Positions 1 to 11,059 of a stretch of DNA of 64,000 bases are shown here, piece by piece (position 1 is the stretch's first letter; each line of letters begins with the position of its first letter). The stretch lies in NCBI GenBank assembly GCA_963665095.1, contig OY762069.1, forward strand, positions 6,304,001 through 6,368,000. Reading direction: 5' to 3'. The notes under the pieces are model-generated. The model had not been told where the DNA came from. It ran no database searches and saw nothing but the letters and a program-made list of their open reading frames with translations. This stretch comes from an uncultured Desulfobacter sp. (GTDB taxonomy: Bacteria > Desulfobacterota > Desulfobacteria > Desulfobacterales > Desulfobacteraceae). The translations under genes were made by a program, and so were the position numbers.

Positions 1-75
1 ACTGCGCTGATTGCTGCGTTTCAGTTTCTTATGTGTCTTTTCTTGGAAGAGGATCGATTTGCCAGGAGGGATAGT

Positions 76-1803
76 ATGAGAAAATACATGCCTTTTTTCA
101 GTTTCAACGATATGGGCATAGCGGTAAAAACATCTCTGGTCAGCAGTTTTGTCGTTCTGGTTCTTTTAGCTACAATTGCAGGGGTCATTTTATCCATGGA
201 GTCGAAGATGGTCGAACATATTATTGATTCTTTTGCCGCAAAGGAGATGGAAACAACCCGACGAATCGTCAAAGAGGAGAAACTTGCCCTGGCAAAAAGG
301 CATAAGGTTAATGTAAAAATTTGTGCTGGCCTGGCTGCGCCATTTGTCTACAATTTTGAGCAGGAAGAGTTGGCTACGTTTTTGAAAACTTTTTTAAGCC
401 TGCCTGATATTGTGGCGATTTCGGTGACAGATGCCGAAAATAAACCATTTTCCGCAATATGGCGAAAAGACAATGAGATATTGTCTGCTGACAAACTTGA
501 ACCGGGTATGGTCGTTGATGAAAAATTGTCGTTTGTAGAAGATATTCTTATGGGAGGCGAAAAGATCGGCTTAGTGCGTCTCTACTTTACGGATGAACTG
601 ATCAACAAAGTCCTGGAGGACAACAAAAACGAAAGCCGGCAATCCGTTGAACTTTTCAGAAAGAGCATCGATGCCAGGGCCAGCAAGGATCTTACGATTA
701 AAATTTTTGCATTCTCTGTGGTTATTGTTGTCCTGGTATGTACGATTTTTTTAACTCTGAAAGCGATTGTTCTCAAACCCCTGCACAGGGTGACCTTGGG
801 GCTTAAGGACATTGCCCAGGGAGAAGGCGATCTGACCAAACGGCTCGAAAGCAAATCAAAAGATGAAGTCGGGGAACTGGCAAAGTGGTTTGATCAGTTT
901 ATAGGCAAGGTCCATGAAATTATTACGGGCCTGGCACAAGGCACTGACAAACTTGACCACTCTTCGGAGACGCTCAAACGGGTTTCAGCACACATGACGG
1001 TCAATGCCGATCATGCCTCTGAAAAAACCAGGGAGGTATCCGAACGTTTCGTATCGGTCTCCAAAACAATGGCTTCCGTGGCCAATGAGATGGAAGAGGC
1101 GTCTTCGAATATTTCAACAGTGGCGGCTGCAACCGAGGAGATGACTGCCACAATTACCGAAATTTCAAGCAGTACCGGAAAAGCAAATACAGCAACGGCA
1201 GACGCGGTCGAATATGTCGGCATGGCTACCCAGCAGGTCGGAGAGCTTGATCTGGCCGCCCAGCAGATAGGGAAAGTTCTGGAGACCATAACTGATATTT
1301 CAGACCAGGTGAATTTACTATCGCTGAATGCTACTATTGAGGCGGCCCGGGCCGGGGAGGCCGGAAAAGGATTTGCTGTGGTCGCAGGGGAAATTAAAAC
1401 CCTGGCTGTCCAGACATCTGAGGCGACAAGCGAAATAAAATCCCGGGTGGACAGTATCCAGTCTGCAACCGGGGTTACCATCGATAAAATCAAGTCCATT
1501 TCAACAATTGTGAACGATGTCGATCAGATCGTATCGACGATTGCCGCTGCTGTGGAGGAACAATCCGCTACTACCCAGGAAATTGCAGGGAATGTCGGCT
1601 ATCTTTCTGAAAGTATAAATAATGTCAATCAAGATGTAGCCGACAGCAATACGGCCATATCCGATATTGCGATCCAGATTGTTCAGGTGACGAAAACCTC
1701 CGACGATATCTCATCTGAAAGCAGCAAGGTCAGCACAAATGCCGAGGATTTAGCTGAGTTGTCCAGGCACCAGAGTGAAGTGGTTAACCGGTTTAAAATT
1801 TAG
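76..1803 (+). CDS. methyl-accepting chemotaxis protein
   Basis: Two TM segments, HAMP ([16 protein letters not shown]), MCP signalling hairpin [37 protein letters not shown] before ATG 76. Confidence 0.95.
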   Translation: MRKYMPFFSFNDMGIAVKTSLVSSFVVLVLLATIAGVILSMESKMVEHIIDSFAAKEMETTRRIVKEEKLALAKRHKVNVKICAGLAAPFVYNFEQEELATFLKTFLSLPDIVAISVTDAENKPFSAIWRKDNEILSADKLEPGMVVDEKLSFVEDILMGGEKIGLVRLYFTDELINKVLEDNKNESRQSVELFRKSIDARASKDLTIKIFAFSVVIVVLVCTIFLTLKAIVLKPLHRVTLGLKDIAQGEGDLTKRLESKSKDEVGELAKWFDQFIGKVHEIITGLAQGTDKLDHSSETLKRVSAHMTVNADHASEKTREVSERFVSVSKTMASVANEMEEASSNISTVAAATEEMTATITEISSSTGKANTATADAVEYVGMATQQVGELDLAAQQIGKVLETITDISDQVNLLSLNATIEAARAGEAGKGFAVVAGEIKTLAVQTSEATSEIKSRVDSIQSATGVTIDKIKSISTIVNDVDQIVSTIAAAVEEQSATTQEIAGNVGYLSESINNVNQDVADSNTAISDIAIQIVQVTKTSDDISSESSKVSTNAEDLAELSRHQSEVVNRFKI

Positions 1804-1900
1804 AACCGCAGATGAAATAAATTAAGCAGGAATTACGCCGAGCCTTGGCTCATGTACACGGCGTATCAAATGTTCAATAAAATATAATGAGGAGAATATT

Positions 1901-2617
1901 ATGATCAGACTGGCAATGGTACTTATTTCATTGGTTTTATCGGTATCTGTTGTGTCGGCAAAGGAAATTACCCTTGTGGCTGGACTGTCACTGCCGCCAT
2001 ATATCATCCAGGAAACCAACAACGGCATGGAATATGATATCGTAAAAGAGGCCCTGGCCAAAAACGGACATACACTTAAATTAAAATCCGTACCTTTTAT
2101 CCGGGTCAGTTTTGAATACAAAAAATTCGACGGGGCGATTACCATTAACGAGGCCTCCGGCGTAAAGGGGAACTATTCCGATGTGACCATGGTGTATCAG
2201 AATTTTGCCATTTCACTTAAAGACAAGGCTGTCCCGATCAGTACGATTCAGGATTTGGGAGACAAAAACATTGTTGCTTTCCAGAATGCGACAAAGTATC
2301 TGGGAGAGGAATATAAAAAAATTGTCGAATCCAATCCCAACTATAAGGAACAGGGCAAACAGGAAGTTCAGGTCAAACTGCTTTATTCCGGCCGGGCCGA
2401 CGCCATTGTATCGGATATCAATATTTTTAAATACTACCGTAAAGCGGTCACGGGGGTGGATACCAGCGCTGAAGTGGTTTACCACAATATTTTCCCGGAA
2501 ACCGAATATAAAGTGCTGTTCAATGATCCGGCCATTCGAGACGAGTTTAACCAGGCACTGGCTGATCTGAGATCTTCCGGGCGGTATCAGGAGATTATTA
2601 ATAATTATATTAAATGA
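1901..2617 (+). CDS. amino-acid-type (family 3) periplasmic substrate-binding protein
   Basis: Signal peptide, LPPY..G.EYDIV and LYSGRADAIVSD motifs; GAGGAG RBS. Confidence 0.85.
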   Translation: MIRLAMVLISLVLSVSVVSAKEITLVAGLSLPPYIIQETNNGMEYDIVKEALAKNGHTLKLKSVPFIRVSFEYKKFDGAITINEASGVKGNYSDVTMVYQNFAISLKDKAVPISTIQDLGDKNIVAFQNATKYLGEEYKKIVESNPNYKEQGKQEVQVKLLYSGRADAIVSDINIFKYYRKAVTGVDTSAEVVYHNIFPETEYKVLFNDPAIRDEFNQALADLRSSGRYQEIINNYIK

Positions 2618-2705
2618 TCAGACATCCTGGAATAAATCGGATCCAGGAAGATATGATTTTTTCAGTGACTTGGTTTGATTTATATTTAAAGCCGTAATAA
2701 TTTGA

Positions 2706-2747
2706 GGGGATACGATACGTAAATTTACATTCAGGTATCATATCCCC
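2706..2747. terminator. stem-loop between convergent genes
   Basis: GGGGATACGATAC ... GTATCATATCCCC inverted repeat with 1 mismatch. Confidence 0.55.
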
Positions 2748-2780
2748 CGAGCGAATGTGCTATTGTCCGAGATGAAACTT

Positions 2781-3653
2781 TTAAATCAGGTTCTCTTTTT
2801 TAAGTGTCTCCACAATGGCTTTGGTGGAGCGGCTGCGGTTCATGGTGTAAATATGCAGACCCGGTACACCTTTGGCTAAGAGCCCTCTGCACTGCTCTGT
2901 GGCATAGTCAATGCCAAGATCAAGCACAGCATCCTTATCGTCTTTGTCCACGGCATCCATTTTTGCCTGCATGGCAGCAGGAATACTGGTGCCGCATACC
3001 GAAGTCAGGATCTTTGTCAGTTTCAGCGTATATACAGGCATGATTCCGGGGATAATGGGAATGGTGATACCGGCATCGCGGCATTTGTCCACATAGGAAA
3101 AGAATAAGTCATTGTCATAAAAAAACTGGACCACCGCATATTCCGCACCGGCATCCTGTTTCATTTTCAGATAGTTAATGTCAGCCTCAAGGCTTTCAGC
3201 CTGAACATGGCCTTCGGGATAACCGGCACATCCCAGGGTAAAGTCATAGTTATCTTTGATGAATTTAATCAAGTCGCAGGCATAGGGAAAGCTGTCCGGA
3301 TGGGCCTTGAAGTTTTCATCTTTGGGCTGGTCTCCCCTGAGGACAAAAATCGTTTCAATGCCAAGGGCCTTATATTTGTCCAGAACACCTTTGATTTCAT
3401 CCGGGCCAAGGCCGAAACCGGCAATGTAGGCCACGGTGGGAAGCTTTCTGTCCAGAAGGGTCTTAACGGTATCGTAGGAACCTTCCTTGGTGGAACCGCC
3501 GGCACCGAAAGTGACGCTGAAGTAGTCCGGAGTCAGAGGGGTCAGGGTATCAATAACAGTATTAAAAGAGGCCTGGGTTTTTTCATCCCGGAAGGGAAAG
3601 AACTCAAAGGACAGGGCTGGCTGTTTGTCTTTGTAAAGTTGTGCAACGCGCAT
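2781..3653 (-). CDS. metF: 5,10-methylenetetrahydrofolate reductase
   Basis: SFEFFP, SVTFGAGGS, LRGD, AGYPEGH, QFFYD, IIPGIMP, LHIYTMN motifs. Confidence 0.93.
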   Translation of the reverse strand: MRVAQLYKDKQPALSFEFFPFRDEKTQASFNTVIDTLTPLTPDYFSVTFGAGGSTKEGSYDTVKTLLDRKLPTVAYIAGFGLGPDEIKGVLDKYKALGIETIFVLRGDQPKDENFKAHPDSFPYACDLIKFIKDNYDFTLGCAGYPEGHVQAESLEADINYLKMKQDAGAEYAVVQFFYDNDLFFSYVDKCRDAGITIPIIPGIMPVYTLKLTKILTSVCGTSIPAAMQAKMDAVDKDDKDAVLDLGIDYATEQCRGLLAKGVPGLHIYTMNRSRSTKAIVETLKKENLI

Positions 3654-3786
3654 ATTTGAAATCTCCTTTTTCTAAAATTTTGTTTATCTTCTTTTTTTAT
3701 CTTCGCCACCATGCTGGTGAAAAAATTCATTGTATGCTGCATGGAAAATGTCTTTCGGTTTCACAGCACCAAACCAGAATAACAAA

Positions 3787-3801
3787 GCAAATTATATGCC
3801 T
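3787..3801 (-). promoter_or_regulatory. putative sigma54 (-24/-12) promoter of metF
   Basis: Minus strand AGGCAT-ATAAT-TTGC has the GG-N10-GC spacing, ~135 bp upstream of the start. Confidence 0.55.
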
Positions 3802-4132
3802 TTGGATCAATCTGGCAACGAAGGAAAAAAACAGGATGGCTCATGGGGACAGACTGGTTTGATGACATAACTGAAACTGTTAAAAATTCAGATGGTTAGT
3901 TAAGATAAAATCCATAAGACATCATAAAAATTTTATTAAGCCTGACCCAAAACGGTCGGAGTCACAAGGCGCACCATTGCACTGAATCGCATAATTGACA
4001 CCCCTGTGTTGCAATTGCGCATTTTCCGGTTCGTGGTAAACGATACGTGATTCAAAAGACTTTTTTCGAATCCCGTATCGTGCATCCTTAAAAATTATAG
4101 AGGGCAACGGACAATACAATACTTAGATATGG

Positions 4133-5767
4133 TCAGGTCCGTGACAAAATCCTGCCTGATCGGCACCCGGTGTGTCTGCCTTCACGTACTGTGATCTCTC
4201 CGTTCACCAGAACATAATGGACCCCACTGGCTGTCTGATGCGGGGCCGTAAAGGTCGCCTGATCCTGAATGGTATCCGGGTCAAAAATGGTAATATCGGC
4301 CATATATTCTTCCCTGATCAGGCCGCGGTCCCTGAACCCCAGTTTTCGGGCCGGCATGCCTGTCATTTTGGCAACGGCCGTTTCCAGGGTCAAAAGGTTT
4401 TTCTCCCTGACATATTGTGCCAGGACCCTGGCAAAGGTGCCGTAGCTGCGGGGGTGGATGCTGCGTGTCAGGGCCTCAGGCGTCGGCGACATGGACATGC
4501 CGTCGGATCCGATCATGGTGGCCGGATGGACCAGAAACCGTTCCAGATCCTGGTCGCTCATGGTGAACCCGATGAGGGAAAGCCGTCCCTGCTCCTGGAT
4601 AAACAGATCACACACAACCTCCAGCGGGGTGGTGTGGCGGGTTTGTGCGATCTCTTCGATATTCTTGCCTTCCAGTTCAAGGTTCGATCTCGTAGTAAAT
4701 CCTGTAAGCAGCGCTTTGTCCCATGTCATCCCGTCCATGAAGTATTCCCAGTTATAGGGCGGCTGTGCCATGTCCCGAATAATCTCCCCGCGGGTGTCAG
4801 CCATTGAGAGCAGGTCAATGAGATGCTCCGGCCCCTTGTTCTTGGCCCAGGTGGGAAACAGTTCCAGAAGACCTGTGGACCAGGCCGGGTAGGGGTATTC
4901 GTCAAAATCCACAGGGATGCCTTTGCTGCGGGCATGGTCAAGCATCTCCATGACAAGCACGGATTTGCCCCAGTTGGCAGGCAGGTCACATTTAAGATGG
5001 GATATTTCCAGAGAGACCCCGGACCGGGCACTGATTTCAAGGGCCTCTTTAACAGCCTCAATCATTTCATTGCCTTCACTGCGCATATGAAGTGAGAAGA
5101 TGCCGCCGGCTTCTGCCACCACTGTGTTTATTTCCGCCAGTTCATCCATGCCGGCAAAGGCGCCGGGATGATAAATCAGTCCGCCGGACATGCCAAAGGC
5201 CCCCTGGTCCAGTTCCCGCTGGAGCAGGCGTTTCATCCCGGCCATCTGTTCGGCATCGGCAGGCTGTTCTTCAAACCCCATCACCGCACAGCGAAGTGTG
5301 CCGTGGCCCACCAGGGGGGCGATGTTTACTGAAATACCGTCGCTCAAAGCGCTCTTCAGATAATCCATCATGCTCTGCCAGGGCCACTTACTGGTTCCCT
5401 GTGGAATTTTTGGCATGCTGCCGGCCGTTCCCAGCACCATAAGGGCCTCTTTTAAAAATTGGGAGGAGACCGGTCCCATGCTGATGCCGCAATTGCCCAC
5501 CACCTCAGTGGTCACCCCCTGGAGCAGTCGGCTATGGGCATCGGGAAACTGCGCAAGGGTGGCATCCGAATGGGAGTGGATATCAATAAAACCGGGACTT
5601 ACCACCAGTCCTTGGGCATCAATGTTGTTTTCAGCATGCGCTTTGATATCCGCTTCAATTTTAACTATTTTTCCATCGGCAATGCCGATGTCAGCTATCT
5701 GTTCAGCCATTGGGGCAGGCTGGCCGGATCCGTCAATGATCCGTCCGTTTCTGATAATGCAGTCCAC
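4133..5767 (-). CDS. N-acyl-D-amino-acid deacylase (D-aminoacylase, amidohydrolase family)
   Basis: PGFIDIHSHSD, QGVTTEVVGNCG, HMRSE, ISHLK, IGSDG, HPRSYGTFARVL. Confidence 0.9.
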   Translation of the reverse strand: MDCIIRNGRIIDGSGQPAPMAEQIADIGIADGKIVKIEADIKAHAENNIDAQGLVVSPGFIDIHSHSDATLAQFPDAHSRLLQGVTTEVVGNCGISMGPVSSQFLKEALMVLGTAGSMPKIPQGTSKWPWQSMMDYLKSALSDGISVNIAPLVGHGTLRCAVMGFEEQPADAEQMAGMKRLLQRELDQGAFGMSGGLIYHPGAFAGMDELAEINTVVAEAGGIFSLHMRSEGNEMIEAVKEALEISARSGVSLEISHLKCDLPANWGKSVLVMEMLDHARSKGIPVDFDEYPYPAWSTGLLELFPTWAKNKGPEHLIDLLSMADTRGEIIRDMAQPPYNWEYFMDGMTWDKALLTGFTTRSNLELEGKNIEEIAQTRHTTPLEVVCDLFIQEQGRLSLIGFTMSDQDLERFLVHPATMIGSDGMSMSPTPEALTRSIHPRSYGTFARVLAQYVREKNLLTLETAVAKMTGMPARKLGFRDRGLIREEYMADITIFDPDTIQDQATFTAPHQTASGVHYVLVNGEITVREGRHTGCRSGRILSRT

Positions 5768-5794
5768 TATATTTTTCCTGTTTCTGTAACTTGA

Positions 5795-6766
5795 TTAGAT
5801 GTTGCCCGCCTTATGACAGGCCACCCAGTGGCCTGCCTCCATCTGCCGCAGTTCCGGAACCACCTGTTGGCACGCCTCGGTGCTGAAGGGACAGCGCGGA
5901 CTTAACCGGCAGCCCGGGGAGAGCTCAATCAGGCTGGGCGGGGTTTCGGAGAGCAGCAGCCTCCCGCGGCCCCGCTGGTGGGGTGACAACGGGGGAGACG
6001 AGGAGTCAAGCCCCCGGGTGTACGGGTGAAGGGGGTGTTTCATGACCAGATCCACAGGGCCGATCTCCATGAGTTTGCCCAGGTACATGATGGCCACCCG
6101 GTCACTGATGTATCGCACCACATTGAGATCATGGGTGATGAAAAGATAGGAGAGGCCAAACTCCTGCTGCAGGTCCAGCAGCACATTGAGCACCTGGGCC
6201 TGGACAGAAATATCCAGGGCTGAGGTGGGCTCGTCCAGTACCAGCAGCTGTGGCTGCAAAAGCAGGGCCCGGGCCACGCTGACCCGTTGCAACTGTCCCC
6301 CGCTCAACTGATGGGGATATCTTTCCAGGCACTCACGGCCCAAGTTAACTTTTTTCAGCACCTGTTTGATCTTGGAATCCGCAAGATACCTGGCCGTGCC
6401 GTTGGCAAGCAACGGCCTGCGCAGCGACCAGAGGATGGTGGCCCGCGGGTTCATGGAGACGGACGGATCCTGGAATACAATGCCCATCTGTTTACGCAGA
6501 TTTTTTTCCATGCGGTGGGTGGCATTGACCACATCGGTATTTTCAAAGAGGATACTGCCGGAGGTGGGCGTGATCAGTTTCATGATGAGCCGTGCCACCG
6601 TGCTTTTGCCGGAGCCGCTCTCTCCCACCAGTCCCAGTGTTTCGCCTTTGCCGATGGAAAAGCTGATATCATCCACCGCCCTGACCTGGGAGGAGACACT
6701 TTTAAACAGCCCTTTACGGAGTTCAAAATACTTTTTCAGATTGAAAACATTGACAAGTTCGGCCAT
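5795..6766 (-). CDS. oligopeptide/dipeptide ABC transporter ATP-binding protein (OppF/DppF-like)
   Basis: GESGSGKST, LSGGQ, DEPTSALD, HPYT, C-terminal CRLSPRCP. Confidence 0.93.
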   Translation of the reverse strand: MAELVNVFNLKKYFELRKGLFKSVSSQVRAVDDISFSIGKGETLGLVGESGSGKSTVARLIMKLITPTSGSILFENTDVVNATHRMEKNLRKQMGIVFQDPSVSMNPRATILWSLRRPLLANGTARYLADSKIKQVLKKVNLGRECLERYPHQLSGGQLQRVSVARALLLQPQLLVLDEPTSALDISVQAQVLNVLLDLQQEFGLSYLFITHDLNVVRYISDRVAIMYLGKLMEIGPVDLVMKHPLHPYTRGLDSSSPPLSPHQRGRGRLLLSETPPSLIELSPGCRLSPRCPFSTEACQQVVPELRQMEAGHWVACHKAGNI

Positions 6767-6769
6767 GGC

Positions 6770-7870
6770 TTATTCTCCTGTCATCCGGTCTGATACATGC
6801 CAGCAGGCCGCCTTGTGTGTGGGGGTGAGCTCCTGCATCCCGGGCATTTTTTCAGCACAGATCTTTGTGCGGTCCGGGCAGCGGTCGTGAAAGGGGCATC
6901 CGGGAAAGGGGATAAAGGGATCGGGCAGGGTGCCGGGGATGGTGAGAAGCCGCCGGTCGTGCTTGGTGCCCGAGGGCAGGGATTCCATGAGCATCCGGGT
7001 GTAGGGGTGGCACGGGGCATCAAATATATCAAATACACCGCCTTCCTCCACCATGACACCGGCGTACATGACGCCTACCCGGTCGGCAATCTCCGCCACA
7101 ATGCCGAAATCATGAGTGATCACCCATACGGACATGCCCAAAGTATCCCGGATGGAAAGAATCAGCTCCAGAATCCGGGCCTGGATGGTGACATCAAGGG
7201 CGGTGGTGGGTTCGTCGGCAATGAGCAGGTTCGGGGATCGCGAGAGCATCATGCCGATCATCACCCGCTGGCGCATGCCCCCGGACAGCTCCTGGGGGTA
7301 GCTTCCAATTCTCCGGTCAGGATCGGAGAGCCGGACCTGTTCAAACAGTTTGAGCACCTGCTGCCACGCCTGGGGTTTGGGGATATTGTCCAGCCGGATG
7401 GCCTCGTACACCTGCCGGCCTGACCGGTACAAAGGATTCAGGGAGTTCAGCGGATCCTGGAAAATCATGCTGATCTCCTTTCCCCGGATGGTGCACATCT
7501 GATCTTCGGTGAGATCCAGAAGGTTTTTATCCTTATACAGCACCGTACCCGCGATGCGGTGATGGGGCGCGTTGATCTGGTTGATCAGGCGCATGACCGC
7601 ATGGGCGGTACTGGATTTCCCGCAGCCGGACTCCCCCACCAGGGCATAGATCTCGCCTTTGCGGATATCAAAGCTGACGCTCTTGACTGCCGTGGCCATG
7701 CCCGATGGGGTGCTGAAGGCAATTTCAAGGTCCGCGATGGAGAGCACGGCCTGGCCTTCGTTGGAACTTATGGCCGGGTTCAAACCGGTGCCGGGTGAAT
7801 CCGGAACTGCTGAGTCCGGGTCGGTTGACCCTTGACAGGTTTCCCTATGGATTGGATGGGAATCGTTCAA
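6770..7870 (-). CDS. oligopeptide/dipeptide ABC transporter ATP-binding protein (OppD/DppD-like)
   Basis: [24 protein letters not shown]; start moved to TTG 7870 (GAGAGG RBS) to remove the overlap with the permease. Confidence 0.9.
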   Translation of the reverse strand: MNDSHPIHRETCQGSTDPDSAVPDSPGTGLNPAISSNEGQAVLSIADLEIAFSTPSGMATAVKSVSFDIRKGEIYALVGESGCGKSSTAHAVMRLINQINAPHHRIAGTVLYKDKNLLDLTEDQMCTIRGKEISMIFQDPLNSLNPLYRSGRQVYEAIRLDNIPKPQAWQQVLKLFEQVRLSDPDRRIGSYPQELSGGMRQRVMIGMMLSRSPNLLIADEPTTALDVTIQARILELILSIRDTLGMSVWVITHDFGIVAEIADRVGVMYAGVMVEEGGVFDIFDAPCHPYTRMLMESLPSGTKHDRRLLTIPGTLPDPFIPFPGCPFHDRCPDRTKICAEKMPGMQELTPTHKAACWHVSDRMTGE

Positions 7871-7883
7871 AATAATGCGCCTC

Positions 7884-8723
7884 TCATACCTTGAGGCGCG
7901 GGTCCAGCACATCCCGCAACCCCTCTCCCAAAAGGTTGAACCCCAGGACAATGTAAATAATGGCAAGGCCCGGAAAAATGCTGATCCACGGGGCTTTGCG
8001 CACATAGGTCATGCTCTCTGATAAAATGACGCCCCAGTCCGGGGCAGGGGGCTGGGCCCCCAGGCCTAAGAATCCCATGGCTGTGGTGTCAATAATGGCG
8101 GTGGGCAGCGCCAGGGTGGCCAGCACAATGATCACAGGAAAAACATTGGGCAGAATATAGCGCATAATGATGCTGAAATCACTCTCCCCCATGGCCCGGG
8201 CCGCCTCCACATAGGGCATGTTTTTCAGCGCCTGGGTCTTGGAGCGGACAATTCGGGTAAACTGGGCCCAGGAGACCGCGGCAATGGCAATGATCACATT
8301 GGTCAGGCTGGGTCCTAACACCGTACAGATGGCAATGGCCAGGATGATGGTGGGAAGCGCCCAGATCACATCGGTGATAAAGATGATCACCCGGTCCTGC
8401 CATCCGCCGTAAAAGCCTGCCAGAAGGCCCAAGGTAACCCCCACCAGCACCTGGATGGAGACGGCAATAACGCCTACTTTCAACGCAATCCTGGAACCGT
8501 ACACCACCCGGGAAAATGCATCCCGGCCGTAATTGTCCGTGCCGAAATAATGCACGGAAGAGGGCGGTTTCAGCGCGCTTAACACATCCATTTCATCAAA
8601 GGTAAAAGGCGCAATGATATCTGCAAAGATGGCCGTAATAATCACGCTGAGCATGATAGTAAAACCGGCCACAAAGGTTTTGTTTTTAAAGGCCGCTGCA
8701 AAGGCGGCAAAGGTCTGTTTCAT
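7884..8723 (-). CDS. peptide ABC transporter permease (OppC/DppC-like)
   Basis: HYFGTDNYGRD, EAARAMGES loop, LGFNLLGEGLRDVLDP. Confidence 0.93.
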   Translation of the reverse strand: MKQTFAAFAAAFKNKTFVAGFTIMLSVIITAIFADIIAPFTFDEMDVLSALKPPSSVHYFGTDNYGRDAFSRVVYGSRIALKVGVIAVSIQVLVGVTLGLLAGFYGGWQDRVIIFITDVIWALPTIILAIAICTVLGPSLTNVIIAIAAVSWAQFTRIVRSKTQALKNMPYVEAARAMGESDFSIIMRYILPNVFPVIIVLATLALPTAIIDTTAMGFLGLGAQPPAPDWGVILSESMTYVRKAPWISIFPGLAIIYIVLGFNLLGEGLRDVLDPRLKV

Positions 8724-9667
8724 GCCCTGCGTCCCCCCAGTTCCGCCCGGATTCGGGGATCAAGAAGTCCTGTGAGAATATCGCCGGCCGTGGTGCTCAA
8801 CACCGTGAAAATGGAGATGAAGAGCACAATGCCCTGGACCACGGGGAAATCCTGGGCGGAAATGGCTTTCCACAAAAGTCTTCCCATGCCGGGCCAGGCA
8901 AAGATGGTCTCGGTGATCACGGACCCGCCAATGAGCCAGGGCACATACAGAAAGAACATGACCGTGACCGGTACCAGTGCGTTTCTCAGTACATGGCCCA
9001 GGATCACGGCTTTCTGGGTCAGTCCCTTGGCAATGGCCGTGGTGACATGCTTTTCCCGCAACACCTCCAGCACCTCGGACCGGGTCAGGCGCAGGGTGTC
9101 TGCCAGCATGGGCAGGGTAACGGTCATCACCGGCATGATCAGCGAGATGGGCCCCCGGTAGCCTGACACCGGCAGCCATTTCAGGCGGATGCTGAAGATC
9201 AGGATTAAGAGGATGCCCAGCCAGAAATAGGGAATGGCCCGCAGAATGGAAGTGATAAATACCGCACCTCTGTCAAAAAGCGACCCCTGCCGGATGCCGG
9301 CAATCAGCCCTAAGGGCACGGCAATAACGTACTGGATCAACAGTCCTGTCAGGGTGATCTGCAGGGTAAAGGGCAGGCGGGCCATGAGCAGGACGGAAAC
9401 GGACTGGCCGTTGGTGATGGATTTGCCCATGTCCCCGGTAAGCACATTTTTCAGCCAGAACAGGTATTGAACCACTGCCGGTTTGTCCAACCCCCATTTC
9501 TGTCTCAGCTGGGCTATCTTTTCAGCCCCCATGCGGGGATCACCGATGAGCTGGATGGGGTCCCCCGGCATCATGTGCATGATGGTAAACAGAATCATGG
9601 TGACGGCCAGCACGATAAATATGCCCTGGAACAGGCGCCGGATCGTGTATACGGCAAGGTCGTTCAT
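8720..9667 (-). CDS. peptide ABC transporter permease (OppB/DppB-like)
   Basis: PGDP, GDMGKS, TAIAKGL, HVLRNAL, ETIFAWPGMG, LDPRIR. Confidence 0.93.
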   Translation of the reverse strand: MNDLAVYTIRRLFQGIFIVLAVTMILFTIMHMMPGDPIQLIGDPRMGAEKIAQLRQKWGLDKPAVVQYLFWLKNVLTGDMGKSITNGQSVSVLLMARLPFTLQITLTGLLIQYVIAVPLGLIAGIRQGSLFDRGAVFITSILRAIPYFWLGILLILIFSIRLKWLPVSGYRGPISLIMPVMTVTLPMLADTLRLTRSEVLEVLREKHVTTAIAKGLTQKAVILGHVLRNALVPVTVMFFLYVPWLIGGSVITETIFAWPGMGRLLWKAISAQDFPVVQGIVLFISIFTVLSTTAGDILTGLLDPRIRAELGGRRA

Positions 9668-9683
9668 TTAAACAAAATCTCCT

Positions 9684-11042
9684 TTATCGTCCCTGTTCCC
9701 GTTCAAAGGCCAGGGTGCTGCCGTGGAAATGCAGAAGCAGCATAGGGTCTGCTGCTTTCCCGGTCTCCATCTCCAGAAAATAGTGTGCCCCGGAGTCAAT
9801 CCAGCAGGCATGGTCTGACCTGGGCAATAGAGGCCAGCTGCCACTGGCGCCTTTAAGCTCTCCTTCCAGTGTCAGCCGGCCGTCATTTAATTGTACGATA
9901 GTAAATGTTGTCTGTTCTCCGGCGTCGCCTCCCGGCCCGTTGACCCAGGTCCCGGTCCAAAGATCGGCAAGGGGGGCGGGCATGGCATGCCATCCCGGCA
10001 TGGGTGTCATCTCCCGGCCCAGAACATGGCTGATCAGGTGTCCAAGGGGAATGTTGATATCCCGGGCACTGTCAGCATCACTGTTGCACAGCCAGATTAC
10101 AGCGGTCTCCTCCCTGTCAAACCATGAGACCCGGCAGTGGTAGCCGATGGTGGATCCGGTGTGCCACCGCTCCTTTAACCCCAGGCGATCACTGAAAAAC
10201 CAGCCCAGTCCGTAGTGGCTGGTATCTCCATTGTTAAGGGGGGATGGCGTCAGGATCTGCTGCCATGATGCGGGGGATAAAATGCCTTTATGGTGAATGG
10301 TGTCAAGCCAGGTGAAAAGATCCGGACCATTGGAAATCACACTGCCGTCGGCCCATCCCACCACGGCCCGGTTGTAAGGGCTGGGCACCAGCTGACCGGC
10401 CCTGTTTCGGTGGTAGCCTTTGGCCATGCCGGCCGGCCTGACGTCGGAATTGCCCACCCGGGTATGGGTCATGCCCAGGGGCGAAAAAAAATGATCGTGC
10501 AGATACGCGGCATATGGCATGTCTGCAGCCCGCCGCACGATCTCTTCCAGAATGACATAGCCGGTGTTGCAGTAGCTCCAGCTGCTGCCGGGCACTGATT
10601 CCAGACTCTGGTATCTGTCTGCGATCAGTTTCAGCAGGCCGGCCAGATCCAAATCCGGGCTCTCGTTTTTGCAATAGGCCCTGCGAAATTCCGGGGTAAA
10701 GTACTCCGGGATACCTGACGTATGGGTCATCAAATGGCGTATGGTAACCTTATCCCCAAATGCCGGGAAAAGGGGCAGATACCGGGCAATGGGATCATCA
10801 AGGGCCAGTTTGCCTGCTTCTGCCAGGTGCATGGCGGCCGCACAGGCAAACTGTTTGGATACCGAGGCGATCAGGTAGGTGGTGTCGGCTGCTGCTGGCG
10901 TTTCCGCCTCAATATCCGCCACGCCATAGCCCCGGCTGAAAAGAATCTTGCCCTTTTGAGCGATGAGGATGGAAGATCCGGGTCGGGTGAACGGGCTGAA
11001 CCGCCGGATCAGCCCGTCAATCTCCTTAAGTGATACATGCAT
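9684..11042 (-). CDS. serine hydrolase, beta-lactamase/D-aminopeptidase-like
   Basis: SxxK (ASVSKQF), LMTHTSG, YxN (YCNTGY), HTG triad; no signal peptide. Confidence 0.88.
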   Translation of the reverse strand: MHVSLKEIDGLIRRFSPFTRPGSSILIAQKGKILFSRGYGVADIEAETPAAADTTYLIASVSKQFACAAAMHLAEAGKLALDDPIARYLPLFPAFGDKVTIRHLMTHTSGIPEYFTPEFRRAYCKNESPDLDLAGLLKLIADRYQSLESVPGSSWSYCNTGYVILEEIVRRAADMPYAAYLHDHFFSPLGMTHTRVGNSDVRPAGMAKGYHRNRAGQLVPSPYNRAVVGWADGSVISNGPDLFTWLDTIHHKGILSPASWQQILTPSPLNNGDTSHYGLGWFFSDRLGLKERWHTGSTIGYHCRVSWFDREETAVIWLCNSDADSARDINIPLGHLISHVLGREMTPMPGWHAMPAPLADLWTGTWVNGPGGDAGEQTTFTIVQLNDGRLTLEGELKGASGSWPLLPRSDHACWIDSGAHYFLEMETGKAADPMLLLHFHGSTLAFEREQGR

Positions 11043-11059
11043 GGGTAAAGGGGCTTTCC

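Noticed and set aside
3654..3930. SAM riboswitch upstream of metF
   Set aside because: No ATC.AGAG..GAGGGA..GGCCC..GAA core on either strand.
9684..11042. Antibiotic-resistance beta-lactamase
   Set aside because: It has no signal peptide and sits inside a peptide-uptake/D-amino-acid operon, which favours a cytoplasmic peptidase.
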